Counted from the stretch's first letter, positions 9,745 through 19,551 are shown. The stretch is DNA of 52,148 bases from a virus (IMGVR_UViG_3300020171_000007:1-52148), one strand, 5' to 3'. Notes: a model not told the origin generated them from the letters alone. Made by a program: numbers and translations.

Positions 9745-12528
9745 TTATCTAATAAATGCTCTGACGGTTATTGTTATTGCTGACCATGTAAGGTTTGATG
9801 CGTTGTATTCAATTTTCCTTGTGCTATCTATCTTCACCCACATATCCGCATAGTTGACGACGTTTGCAACCTGAGTGGCGATGGTAGAAATATTAATCGC
9901 ATTACTATTCCCATTTAGGCGAAAACTTAATGTAGATGCTGCTGCATCGTCTTGTATGGATACGCGAAGCAATACATATCTCGAAGCTCCAAAACCTGTC
10001 AATGGGGTGGACAAATCCAAGTCTCGCCACGTTCCGTCTGTGGTCAGGTCGGTAAGTATGAAACTTGCCGCAGCAAGATCACCAAGGTCATGGAGCGTTC
10101 CATACTGTGTCAACAGAATATGTTCGTCTATATCGAAAATAAAATCTCCGTCTTCTACTGCACGGGTAATGGAAGTAGCAGACATGCTGTAATGATTGTC
10201 CCGTGATGTTCCGGCTACCTGAACTATGCTATCAGCAATAGTTGATTCATCACCTTTTGTTATGTGAGATACGTTGAGATCGCCCCCGAAATAAATGCCT
10301 TTAGAACTCACACCACCAGCTAAAACTTCCTCCACGTTCTCATAGAAGAACCGAAACATGGTTATATTTGCGTGAGCATAGACCACATAGGTTGGCGTTG
10401 GGACTGATGTGACTGCAACATATATCTGGGAATCCCTGATGCTTAACCCTACTATTGAAGAAACTCCATCACCAATATAGAATCCATAACGAGGGGCATA
10501 GATGGCTGGTTCTCCCGTGATATCTTCAAAACTCAAATTAAGAGAAGCACTGGTTGTGGTATCTATCCACACAAAGGCTAGGCCGCCTTGCATCAACGGA
10601 CCACTTCCACAATACCACCACCCTCCTGTGACATGAAAGTCCAATGCACCCTCAATGTATATCCCGATAGCCCCCGTACCGCCAAGGGCTATCATATCCG
10701 TGCCGTATAGATTTGTTACAGTATTTGACTGTGCGCCAGTTGCGATGGTCTGGAATGAAGATGCCGCAACAAGAGAGTTATTCTTTGAGGTCGCAAACAC
10801 CTTCCCTGCTGGATAAGCGTTTACAAACTGGCACCCATAGTAACTATTGACTTCAGAACCATAAGAATAAATCGATGCTACCGTAAACTCCGACGTATAA
10901 TCATTCATCACGTTAAAGAACTTATGTCCTCCGCCACCCCCTCCACCACTATTTCGAGCAAGAAGGAACCCGTATGTAGGTGAAGTTGTTGGATCACCGT
11001 GAAGTGTGAAATCCCTGAATACTTGATTGTTAGAGCCGGTTAGATCAAAAGCGACTCCTGTATGTGCTGCCGTGATCTTACTTCCACCAAAAGACGTACC
11101 AGAACCATAACCTTCAAATACTATCTGGTAACTGAGATTTGTGGCGTTGATAGGCGTTGTTGCGGTCCCAGTCCCGATCCGCACCTTACCCCCGGTATTT
11201 GCAATAGATGCTATGGCGTTGGTCATTTGAAGACCGTAATCAGTACCTGGCCACCATTCCGGATAAATCTCCTTCACATACCCGCTGATTGTAACTATCC
11301 CAGTACCTGATAGCCAATTATACCTACCTACGTCGGGGTTAGGAATGCTCATCGTAAACGCCCCGTGGCTAATTAAAGCCCCAGGTACTATCTTAAACGT
11401 CACATTGGTATAGGCTGACCAATCGACGTTAGAGGAGATTACCCAGGTGCCGGGACGAAGGAGAAGAGTAGTCTTATTTACTACTCCTATTGCGGTGAGA
11501 GCAGATTGGATAGTGGCTTGAGTAAAGGAAGTGCCATTTCCATAGTCATATAAGGCATCTACTTCATAAGGAATAAAACCAGGAGATGAAGCACTTAGTA
11601 TCAATGCTGTTAATGTAGTTGCAGGGGTATAGGTAAGACCACCCGTAATTGCAACACTTCCAGTACCAGCAAAAGGATTGAAATAGTAAGGTCCTATATC
11701 TACTTGTTTGACGCTAGTTAAAGTAAGTGTCTGTGCACCAGCTATTGTTAGGTCTCCACCTCGATTTATTTTTATCTGGATGTTGGAAGGGATAGATAGA
11801 CTGAAGGCAACTGGAGATGAGACATTGACTTCGAGGACTACTTTGGCTGTGTCAATACAAGTTACGGCATAAGTGATAGAGGTGAACCAGGCTAGGTTAA
11901 GAGTAGGTCCATCTCGGAAGTGGAAGTGACCGGCTCCAGCCATTATTTGATAGTTGCCAGCCTCAATCTGGCCGATGTTAGAGACGTTAATGAGAGTGTT
12001 GACTGTGAGGATGTTTCCTGGAGACTCCCACTTTAGGGTTACGTTATTTCCAGGAGAGTAACTTGCAGTAATAGTTTGAGGCTTGGAGACTATCAAAGTT
12101 ACTGTATCATTAGTGGTTACAGCAAAAGCTGACTCAATGTTATTGAACCAACCAGTTTTGAGAATAGTGCCTGAGGCAAAGTCTATATTTCCAGGGCCAG
12201 TGAAGATTCGGCGGTTTTCAGCTATGATATTCTTAGTGTTGATAGTGAGCTGGCCAGTGTTAGTAATCATGCCATCTCGTTCAAATTTGAGAGTAACATT
12301 AGCTGGCACTGTTAGAGTTGAGACTGTCTGAGTGCCAACAATTACTACAGTTCGTTGGTTAGCACCGACTGCAGTAATGGCATCGTTGAGAGTGGCATAA
12401 GCACGAGAGTCAGTCCAGATGCCAGAGGCACTAGTGACTATGATGTCAGAGAAGAATTCAGCTCTTGCACCTGTAGAGATAGTCAAGAGGAGAATTATCG
12501 AGAGAAGGAATGCTTTTATGTTTTTCAT
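9745..12528 (-). CDS. Tail spike/fibre-like protein with beta-helix (pectate lyase-like) region and N-terminal signal-peptide-like sequence
   Basis: Four N-terminal repeats of type LNDAITA..VTLKF; YPEWW..AIASIANTGGKVRI entry to a beta-helix; start ATG 12528 after GGAG (ORF open to 12558). Confidence 0.65.
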   Translation of the reverse strand: MKNIKAFLLSIILLLTISTGARAEFFSDIIVTSASGIWTDSRAYATLNDAITAVGANQRTVVIVGTQTVSTLTVPANVTLKFERDGMITNTGQLTINTKNIIAENRRIFTGPGNIDFASGTILKTGWFNNIESAFAVTTNDTVTLIVSKPQTITASYSPGNNVTLKWESPGNILTVNTLINVSNIGQIEAGNYQIMAGAGHFHFRDGPTLNLAWFTSITYAVTCIDTAKVVLEVNVSSPVAFSLSIPSNIQIKINRGGDLTIAGAQTLTLTSVKQVDIGPYYFNPFAGTGSVAITGGLTYTPATTLTALILSASSPGFIPYEVDALYDYGNGTSFTQATIQSALTAIGVVNKTTLLLRPGTWVISSNVDWSAYTNVTFKIVPGALISHGAFTMSIPNPDVGRYNWLSGTGIVTISGYVKEIYPEWWPGTDYGLQMTNAIASIANTGGKVRIGTGTATTPINATNLSYQIVFEGYGSGTSFGGSKITAAHTGVAFDLTGSNNQVFRDFTLHGDPTTSPTYGFLLARNSGGGGGGGHKFFNVMNDYTSEFTVASIYSYGSEVNSYYGCQFVNAYPAGKVFATSKNNSLVAASSFQTIATGAQSNTVTNLYGTDMIALGGTGAIGIYIEGALDFHVTGGWWYCGSGPLMQGGLAFVWIDTTTSASLNLSFEDITGEPAIYAPRYGFYIGDGVSSIVGLSIRDSQIYVAVTSVPTPTYVVYAHANITMFRFFYENVEEVLAGGVSSKGIYFGGDLNVSHITKGDESTIADSIVQVAGTSRDNHYSMSATSITRAVEDGDFIFDIDEHILLTQYGTLHDLGDLAAASFILTDLTTDGTWRDLDLSTPLTGFGASRYVLLRVSIQDDAAASTLSFRLNGNSNAINISTIATQVANVVNYADMWVKIDSTRKIEYNASNLTWSAITITVRAFIR

Positions 12529-12548
12529 CTTAGGTCTCCATTTAGTTC

Positions 12549-12563
12549 GTTTAATCATTGAAC
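12549..12563. promoter_or_regulatory. Dispersed palindrome copy 4
   Basis: GTTTAA TCA TTGAAC, overlaps stop of the 12555 gene. Confidence 0.8.
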
Positions 12564-14651
12564 GGACTGAGCCGCAGCCATCTTATCACGCCAACTAATG
12601 CCGCGTCGTCTAGCTTCACCAATAGGCATCTTTACTTGATAATTCATCCTTGGTAAATTCCACTTCTTATCCATATAGAGGCGATTCTTCTTGAGTAAGG
12701 CATCTACATCGAACCCCTCCTTAGCATGGATTAGAGTGAAGGTGGAACGACCTCTATGGTATATGCAAGTGTCGATTGCAAACTCTGTCTTGTATCCAGC
12801 TGCTCGAGTGGCTAAGTTGTAGTCGTTGTCATCCCACATTCCCATCTCGTAATTTGGATCGAGGAGTCCGACTATGTCTATTACTTCTCGCTTAATCACA
12901 CCACAGAGGAAGGCAACGAAAGGAGTGGCACAGGTACGACCACTGTAATGGGTTTCAAGATAGCGATTGATCTCTTCCATTGACATATTGAGTTGATTAG
13001 GGACTATAGTGTCATGCAATGAAAGACTATGATGAGAGTCCATCATTCCGTGGCCACGAGGGTCAGGCATAGTTAGTGAGCCTATGATCCCCATCCTTGG
13101 GTCACGCTTGAGGGCGTTGACTAGTTTGCCAAGCCAACCTTGGGATACTATAGTGTCATTGTTTAGGAGGCAGACAAAAGGTGCAGTAGATGCCTCTATA
13201 CCACGATTCACAGCCTCAACAAAACCTTCATTCTTTTCCAGCTTGATTGTTAGATGAGGCATATCTTGGATTACTTCTTCTACCTTCGACGTATCTTTGG
13301 AGGCATTATCTACCCAGATTAAACGGTAAGGTATGTGAGTGCACTCTCGAATGCTATTGAAGCAGGCTAGTGTTAGTTCAGTGTTTTCGTAGGTAGGCAC
13401 TATTATATCACAAGCTGCATTTTCCACTATATTTCCCTCTCCTCGTAATCCACGAAGGACGGCATCTAAATAGCCATAGTCAACATTCTTTACTTTACGT
13501 CCTGAAGGGCAGCGATTGTAGCTATTTCGGTCAAGCAGAGACAGTCCTTCTTCAATGCACTGCTCACCGAGTTCACATCCTGGGTATGGAGTGAAGAAGG
13601 CCCAGGAAGGCATCTCTGCATTAATGGTGTCAGCCATTCTTGCTGTAGCCTGGATGTCGGATTTAGTCTCCCAAGGTAGGCCGAGCATGTAGTTGGCGTA
13701 GATCTTAGCTCCTGTACTCCTGACTATCTTCGCCGACTCAAGATTTTGCTCTACAGTGGTTCCCTTCTTCATGAGATCAAGGATTCGCTGTGAGCCAGAT
13801 TCAAATCCTACGGAGACAAGTTCCCAGCCGACCTTAACTAATCGTTTTACTAAGTCTGGATGATCACAGACTCCATCGGCTCTGCATGAAGCCCAGAAGG
13901 GAAGGTCAATTTCAGGGTAGCGTTCAATGAATTCCTCAAGCCATTTAGGCTGGATTAGGAAAGTATCGTCGTGGATCATGATGCAGTCTGGATGGTAAGT
14001 ATCTTTGAGCATCTGAAGCTCAGCGATCATGCTATCTACAGAGCGCCGACGTAGTTTTCTGCCAAAGTGGTTGTGTTCGATAGGTTGACAGAAGGCACAT
14101 TCATAGGGACAGCCACGAGCTGCCATTACAGATATCATTCGCTCTCTTCCAGGACCATACCACCAACCTTTTACTGGTTCGACAGGGTCACGATAGATAG
14201 AACGATCCATGAAAGGGAGGAGATCGAGCTCTTGTGGCTTCTCTCCGAAGATTTCTCGGTCGAAACTCGAGGGATTAGCTAGGAATTTAGGGAAAGTGAT
14301 CTCACTTTCGCCGTGGAAGACGTAGTCTATGGAAGGATTTTCGAGGATTTGATCTGAAGCAGCCGTTACGTGGTAGCCGGCGACTAAAGTCTTTGCTCCG
14401 AGTTCTTTTGCGATCTTAATTACTTGCATACCGATAGAGTAGTAGGAGCTTTTGAGACCAAAAGATATTAAATCATATCCTTGGAGGACTAATTTTAATT
14501 CTCTATCATTGGACAGAGTCTTCATATCAAGAAAGTCTACATCACAACCAGCTTTTTGGGCGGCTGTGTAGGTCATGCCAGCGCCGTGGTCATGCCAGGC
14601 GTCTAGACCTTGTCCTTGATAGGGATAGAGAGCTATGATTAAGGTTTTCAT
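12555..14651 (-). CDS. B12-binding radical SAM protein fused to family 2 glycosyltransferase
   Basis: N-terminal cobalamin-binding-like domain (AGYHVT, GESE), RGCPYECAFC, DDTF, GFESGSQ, TPYPG; C-terminal GT2 IIVPTY, VDNAS, LLNNDT, WDDND. Confidence 0.88.
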   Translation of the reverse strand: MKTLIIALYPYQGQGLDAWHDHGAGMTYTAAQKAGCDVDFLDMKTLSNDRELKLVLQGYDLISFGLKSSYYSIGMQVIKIAKELGAKTLVAGYHVTAASDQILENPSIDYVFHGESEITFPKFLANPSSFDREIFGEKPQELDLLPFMDRSIYRDPVEPVKGWWYGPGRERMISVMAARGCPYECAFCQPIEHNHFGRKLRRRSVDSMIAELQMLKDTYHPDCIMIHDDTFLIQPKWLEEFIERYPEIDLPFWASCRADGVCDHPDLVKRLVKVGWELVSVGFESGSQRILDLMKKGTTVEQNLESAKIVRSTGAKIYANYMLGLPWETKSDIQATARMADTINAEMPSWAFFTPYPGCELGEQCIEEGLSLLDRNSYNRCPSGRKVKNVDYGYLDAVLRGLRGEGNIVENAACDIIVPTYENTELTLACFNSIRECTHIPYRLIWVDNASKDTSKVEEVIQDMPHLTIKLEKNEGFVEAVNRGIEASTAPFVCLLNNDTIVSQGWLGKLVNALKRDPRMGIIGSLTMPDPRGHGMMDSHHSLSLHDTIVPNQLNMSMEEINRYLETHYSGRTCATPFVAFLCGVIKREVIDIVGLLDPNYEMGMWDDNDYNLATRAAGYKTEFAIDTCIYHRGRSTFTLIHAKEGFDVDALLKKNRLYMDKKWNLPRMNYQVKMPIGEARRRGISWRDKMAAAQSVQ

Positions 14652-15595
14652 TGAGCATCCTTGTTAATTTCTATTATATTAGTCCAACCGAGATCTCTTA
14701 ATAATTGAGCTGCACGAATTTTGAAGTCGAAGAAGCTTAATTCATAGCCTTCTATTATTATGTCCCTATTGATGCATCTACTTAACCATTGATCTAAAGT
14801 ATTGATGAAGAAGTCAAGGTATTCCTGAATAAGATGTCCTCTGACAAGATCAGAATAATAAGCAGCAGAAAATAACTTATTTGCATCTCTAGTACAATCA
14901 TTTCTCCAGGTAGCAGAAAGATTGTCAGTCATCAAGTGCTTATGATTAAAGTAGGTCTGAGCCAAGGTTGTCTTCCCTGTTCCACCTTCCCCTGAGATTA
15001 AGATAGCTTCAGGGATTGAAGGAGTTGGACCTGACAGGTGGAAGACGTGCCGGTTGGAGTTATCAGGGCTTATTGTAGGGCCTAGATCTTGGACACAAGA
15101 AAAGTGCTTACGAGTTATTCCGGCGAAGGCTGGAACTGATGGGATGTAGATGTTTCGATAGGTGGAAGTGAAGATATTATCTACTGACTCATTAATCCAG
15201 AGGTCACAGATGACTTGTTTGGCGCACCGAGCAAATAGTTCAAAGAGAGTATCTAGATCTTTGATATAGTGGAGCATTCCAGAAGCTATGATTATGTCAT
15301 AGTTTCCATGGACTTCTTCAGCTTGTTCACAGCGGAAGATTAGTTCTGGGAAGATTTTTCTTGCTTGTTCTATTGTTGATATATCAGTGTCAATACCAGT
15401 TACTTGACGAGCTCCAGCCTGCAAAGCAAGATAGCCTAGCATCCCTGTGTTGCAGCCAATGTCAAGGACTGTTTTATCAGTGAAGTCAATGTTTGGAGTG
15501 AGTTGCTCAAACTTAGTTTGAGTATCTATCATACCTTCTTGTATGACTACTCCATCTTTGACTATCTTTTGATAGTTAGTAGATCCCATATTCAT
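14648..15595 (-). CDS. Class I SAM methyltransferase fused to P-loop kinase-like domain
   Basis: VLDIGCNTG motif I; C-terminal ISGEGGTGKTT Walker A, TD and IIIEG; overlaps next gene (ATGA). Confidence 0.8.
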   Translation of the reverse strand: MNMGSTNYQKIVKDGVVIQEGMIDTQTKFEQLTPNIDFTDKTVLDIGCNTGMLGYLALQAGARQVTGIDTDISTIEQARKIFPELIFRCEQAEEVHGNYDIIIASGMLHYIKDLDTLFELFARCAKQVICDLWINESVDNIFTSTYRNIYIPSVPAFAGITRKHFSCVQDLGPTISPDNSNRHVFHLSGPTPSIPEAILISGEGGTGKTTLAQTYFNHKHLMTDNLSATWRNDCTRDANKLFSAAYYSDLVRGHLIQEYLDFFINTLDQWLSRCINRDIIIEGYELSFFDFKIRAAQLLRDLGWTNIIEINKDAQ

Positions 15596-15610
15596 TAGAG
15601 TTCCAAGTCT

Positions 15611-15625
15611 GTTTAATGATTAAAC
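15611..15625. promoter_or_regulatory. Dispersed palindrome copy 5
   Basis: GTTTAA TGA TTAAAC. Confidence 0.85.
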
Positions 15626-16009
15626 GATCTGATCCATTACACTTTTTTTATGATAAGCAGTCCAGCCACCCAAAACTACTCCCCAGTACATAGAATAACG
15701 AACAAAGAAACTCTTACCTCTTACCTTCATTGCTTCGAAGAAGACGTTGTCAGCTTTAGAGCGGCTGACTTGAGGGACTGAATCTGTTCGATAAAGATAA
15801 TCATGAATCACCGCTTCACGATGAGCCCTGTCACCAAAGAGTGAGTAGGCAATAGGGACACGAGGGACAGAGGCGAAGTCAGTCTCAAATCCAGTAGGAA
15901 CTTCAACCTTTCCAACAATGTCACTGATATAGACTAATGGTGAGTTAAGGCACCAGACAGTGTCATTGTTGATGAGTTTGCATTCTAACTCTGTACAAAA
16001 TTCAGCCAT
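15620..16009 (-). CDS. DUF1353-like protein
   Basis: VPTGFETDFASVPR and AVIHDYLY motifs; start overlaps endolysin stop (TAATG). Confidence 0.8.
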   Translation of the reverse strand: MAEFCTELECKLINNDTVWCLNSPLVYISDIVGKVEVPTGFETDFASVPRVPIAYSLFGDRAHREAVIHDYLYRTDSVPQVSRSKADNVFFEAMKVRGKSFFVRYSMYWGVVLGGWTAYHKKSVMDQIV

Positions 16010-16329
16010 TAAGAGTTCCCATCCCATAGTATGCTGAAGTGGTTTCCGTCTGGCTTTTTGAAATCTCCTCCCCATCTATTGATCGGGTCTAGAGCTTTCC
16101 ACGCTTGACCTAAGCGGCTGTAGGATTCTGAATCCCTAAGATATTTATCTTTTTCAAACAAGTTAAAGTCCTGAGCCAGCCTAATAAAATGATTGGAGTT
16201 TTTCATATGCCCTACTCCATCATCATCGAAGGATTCTCCAAAGGTGATTTCATAACCTTGTTCATAAGCCCAGAGGACCAACTTGGCTATGTTTAGACAA
16301 AAAGCTTGCTGAGCATCTAAGAGGCGCAC
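16009..16329 (-). CDS. M15 family peptidase, endolysin
   Basis: SNHFIRLAQD and WGGDF...DGNHFS zinc-peptidase motifs. Confidence 0.85.
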   Translation of the reverse strand: MRLLDAQQAFCLNIAKLVLWAYEQGYEITFGESFDDDGVGHMKNSNHFIRLAQDFNLFEKDKYLRDSESYSRLGQAWKALDPINRWGGDFKKPDGNHFSILWDGNS

Positions 16330-16988
16330 TGGATCATAACCTCCATTTCTTTGTTGGGGCTGTCTTGACTGGAATTAATGGGAATGGAATTGGAAAGGAC
16401 AGTATTCGGATGCTGCGCCTCCGGCTGAGGAGTTACATCTATTATAAGGCCAGATTCTTGAGCCGCCTTGAGCCCTCTGGATTTGAAGGCTTCGATCTCA
16501 GCCACTGTGAGTGAAATGTTAGTTGATTGAATTTTAGTCGGTGCTCGGAGGCCAGAGAGCTCAAGTAAAACAGTATCGGCTACATCTTTGCGATCCCTGA
16601 CAGTGGCGGCTCCATCTTCATTGTCAAAGATCTCATGGTAAGTTTGAAGGGCTTTGTTGGTTAGGATTCGGATTTTTTCTGAGATTTTTTTTGCATCCTC
16701 ATCTCTAACATTCCTAATCTCAGCCAGTTTCTTCTGGCCAAGTTCTGAGTTTAGAGTGAGAGAGACAGTAGCTTCGCTGATATTGAGGATGTCGGCTATA
16801 TCAGTTTGTTTGTAGCCGCGAGCAGCTAGATTAATGATCTCATGTGAGCGCTGCCAAAGGGCTTTGATTTCATACCTTTTGCGCGGCTGATCTTCTGGCG
16901 TTCGGCGGAGATCTTCATCTCTAAAGTCGAATCCATAAAGACCATTTCTTGTCTGGACACCTTCCATGAAATTCACCATTCCATACAT
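16317..16988 (-). CDS. HTH protein, terminase small subunit candidate
   Basis: HTH GYKQTDIADILNISEATVS; C-terminal IIDVTP motif; first gene of the late arm. Confidence 0.55.
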   Translation of the reverse strand: MYGMVNFMEGVQTRNGLYGFDFRDEDLRRTPEDQPRKRYEIKALWQRSHEIINLAARGYKQTDIADILNISEATVSLTLNSELGQKKLAEIRNVRDEDAKKISEKIRILTNKALQTYHEIFDNEDGAATVRDRKDVADTVLLELSGLRAPTKIQSTNISLTVAEIEAFKSRGLKAAQESGLIIDVTPQPEAQHPNTVLSNSIPINSSQDSPNKEMEVMIQCAS

Positions 16989-17006
16989 TCTTTACTTATA
17001 GATTAC

Positions 17007-17036
17007 ATTATAACACACCTACATAGGAGATGTCAA
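17007..17036 (-). promoter_or_regulatory. Sigma70-type promoter driving the late arm
   Basis: TTGACA-18-TATAAT with extended TG. Confidence 0.75.
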
Positions 17037-17117
17037 GGCATATCTTCGTACATTTTAATAACCTAAATGGCCTAAATGTTAACTATTCTGAATCACCAGA
17101 CTGAAGCGGCTGAGATT

Positions 17118-17132
17118 GTTTAATCATTAAAC
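17118..17132. promoter_or_regulatory. Dispersed palindrome copy 6
   Basis: GTTTAA TCA TTAAAC between divergent promoters. Confidence 0.85.
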
Positions 17133-17297
17133 GATCTCACTAACTAATTCCAAAGGCGTAGCCTTTGTACCACAATGGGGGTTTATTAAATCTTTGGATA
17201 AAATGTGGAGCTGGTAACCCCGCGCACTATGGGATCAGAATCCCCCATCGACTTTTCGTCAATGATTTCAATAACATAGGCCTAGACAAAATAAACC

Positions 17298-17325
17298 TTG
17301 ACAATGTTGCTCAGTGTGATATGAT
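17298..17325 (+). promoter_or_regulatory. Sigma70-type early promoter
   Basis: TTGACA-16-TATGAT. Confidence 0.6.
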
Positions 17326-17415
17326 GCATCATCCGATATGGATAGCGTTCATTGACAACTGAATATGAGGTGGTTCAGGGTGTACACAACTTGCCCGATG
17401 AAAGGGGTGTATATC

Positions 17416-17781
17416 ATGGACATGAATGAAGTCATCACCAATATCACGTTAACAAAGGTCACTTCCATTTCACCCGACAATGAGTCGAAGAAGGAAGGGA
17501 TCAAGAAAACTATCAACTTGAGAGTAAAGTTCGATGGCGCCAAATTGTCAGGCTTATTCGACGCCGCTCTCGAGTCAACTGTTGTCAAGTGGGCCAATGG
17601 AACTGGCCGTCCGAATTTCGACAAGTGGACTGACCGACAGACCGTTGACATTTCCTTCCTAGCTCCGGCTACGAAGGCTGTTGAGGACCCGATGGATGCA
17701 GTCATCCGTTGTGCCGCCGCCGAGAAAATGACTGTTGAGGCGTATGTTGCGAGAGAGTACGCGAAAAGAATGAAATCCTAA
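17416..17781 (+). CDS. Hypothetical early protein (monocistronic)
   Basis: RBS AAAGGGG, ATG at 17416, own promoter and terminator. Confidence 0.7.
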   Translation: MDMNEVITNITLTKVTSISPDNESKKEGIKKTINLRVKFDGAKLSGLFDAALESTVVKWANGTGRPNFDKWTDRQTVDISFLAPATKAVEDPMDAVIRCAAAEKMTVEAYVAREYAKRMKS

Positions 17782-17813
17782 CTAATCCACGCCTTTGAAC
17801 CACCTCAATAATT

Positions 17814-17840
17814 AAGCCTACCTAATCAGTAGGCTTTTTT
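17814..17840 (+). terminator. Rho-independent terminator
   Basis: AAGCCTAC-loop-GTAGGCTT followed by T tract. Confidence 0.75.
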
Positions 17841-17914
17841 ATTGCTCTTCGATTCACCATACTATGGCTCTAACCTTGGGACTACAGCTTGCCAGACTAT
17901 GCGATCAATAGTTC

Positions 17915-17929
17915 GTTTAATCATTAAAC
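17915..17929. promoter_or_regulatory. Dispersed palindrome copy 7
   Basis: GTTTAA TCA TTAAAC within longer CAATAGT...ACTATTG dyad. Confidence 0.85.
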
Positions 17930-18106
17930 AGACTATTGCTAAATGTACCATTCCAAGACCTTGTCTGTAGTACTCTGGATCACCAGACCGGCCAGCTCAC
18001 CAGACCGGCTCAGGCTAGGATTCTGGAGCTGGATTCAGACTAGACTACAACCAAGATTCTGGAGCTAGAATTCTGGATCCTTGATCCAAATGTACAGTGA
18101 TACACC

Positions 18107-18135
18107 TTGACATTGAAAGGTAGGTTGTGTATGAT
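18107..18135 (+). promoter_or_regulatory. Sigma70-type promoter
   Basis: TTGACA-17-TATGAT. Confidence 0.65.
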
Positions 18136-18372
18136 TGTATTATGGATATTATGGTTAGTGCCTAGTGCCTTAATGCTGTTCTGTAGCAAGCCCATTGGCC
18201 ATTGGCCGTTGGTCTTAGTGTGAAGACTGAGGAGAGAGAGAGAAAAAAAAATCAACAAAGAAGGAAGAACCTCTTCTTCTCAACACTCACGGATGGATGG
18301 GTGGTGCTACAGAATGGGACTACAGCACGAGGCACTAAGCATATTAACAATGGGAAGGAGCCGAAGTAAACT

Positions 18373-18915
18373 ATGTTGGTTCAGATAGATAGAGAAATGC
18401 CTATGTTTGGATGCTGGCTATGTGATAAGAAGTATCCAAGTATAGATGGGATGCCTATTCATGTAAGGTATGGAGTAGGAGAGGGTGTGTTGGTTAGACA
18501 TCTATGTGGTATAAGTAGATGTATTAATCCTATGCATTTAATGAGAGGTAGCGCTAGACAGAATACAGATGATAGAATAACCAAAGATCTTGTTATAACA
18601 GAGTACTTAAAGGATTTAATGAAAGGTAAGTTAAATACTCTATCTGAACCGATCTGCGATGATATAGAGTATTCCTACCTAAACATATTCAGTGAGTACT
18701 GGTTCTATAGATGGAAGATAGATAAAGGAATTACACAGAGTATGATAGAGGAAGAAGTAAATAGTAGATGGAGACTTACATTTAAGAAGATAATGGAGGA
18801 TGAAGAATATATAGAAGATATAGGTTTAGAGATATATAAAGATCAGATGAGAATGGCTATGATGTTAATGAGAGAGTTAAGACATAGAGATAATATAACT
18901 ATATTGGAGGTATGA
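18373..18915 (+). CDS. HNH-like nuclease domain protein
   Basis: VRHLCGISRCINPMHL...QNTDDR, His-Cys-type HNH pattern. Confidence 0.65.
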   Translation: MLVQIDREMPMFGCWLCDKKYPSIDGMPIHVRYGVGEGVLVRHLCGISRCINPMHLMRGSARQNTDDRITKDLVITEYLKDLMKGKLNTLSEPICDDIEYSYLNIFSEYWFYRWKIDKGITQSMIEEEVNSRWRLTFKKIMEDEEYIEDIGLEIYKDQMRMAMMLMRELRHRDNITILEV

Positions 18916-18916
18916 G

Positions 18917-19399
18917 ATGAAGGGGAAAGAGTATGCTGTGGATAGTACTAAGGGAACTAGTATGATCAATCCTTTGAATTATAAAGGGGATGTATTAGTT
19001 CAGGTGTGGGTGGATAGTAGAGTGTTGGCTACGCTGTGTAGGTGGATGGATGGGAAGGGGAACTATTCAAGATTTATGAGTCAGATTGTTAGGAGGCCAT
19101 TGGAAGTGTTGGTTGACTTCTTGGTGACTAATAAAGAGGTTGAGCTGGTAGATGATACAGCCGAAGCAAGATCTATGTTGGAGAGAAGGTATCAGGTGAA
19201 CTTGAATAGAGGTAATAGAGGTGAGAAGAATGCCTTGCATAATATGACGCTATCAGATAGGAGAGGAGATCTAAGTGAGAAGATAGGTGAGAGTAAAAAG
19301 GTTAATGATGTTAGTAGGCCTAAGAGGGGAATGAGTCCTTTGGCTCAACAAGCTATAGATAAGTATAAGGAGATGTTTCCTGATGAGTATAGACCATAA
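18917..19399 (+). CDS. Hypothetical protein (possible DNA-binding)
   Basis: 160-aa ORF with GGAGG RBS. Confidence 0.55.
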   Translation: MKGKEYAVDSTKGTSMINPLNYKGDVLVQVWVDSRVLATLCRWMDGKGNYSRFMSQIVRRPLEVLVDFLVTNKEVELVDDTAEARSMLERRYQVNLNRGNRGEKNALHNMTLSDRRGDLSEKIGESKKVNDVSRPKRGMSPLAQQAIDKYKEMFPDEYRP

Positions 19400-19403
19400 G
19401 TCC

Positions 19404-19418
19404 GTTTAATCATTAAAC
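19404..19418. promoter_or_regulatory. Dispersed palindrome copy 8
   Basis: GTTTAA TCA TTAAAC. Confidence 0.85.
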
Positions 19419-19551
19419 GATCTGAGAGGTAAGAGTATGGATTTCTTCTATGTCATGGGAATCTGGTTCTTCATCTGTTGGGTTATAGTTGAGCTCAAAT
19501 GTTGGTATAAAGACAATCGTTAAAGTGTGTTATTTGAACTGCTGAATCTAC

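Noticed and set aside
9745-12528. Diversity-generating retroelement target
   Set aside because: No reverse transcriptase and no template/variable repeat pair noticed
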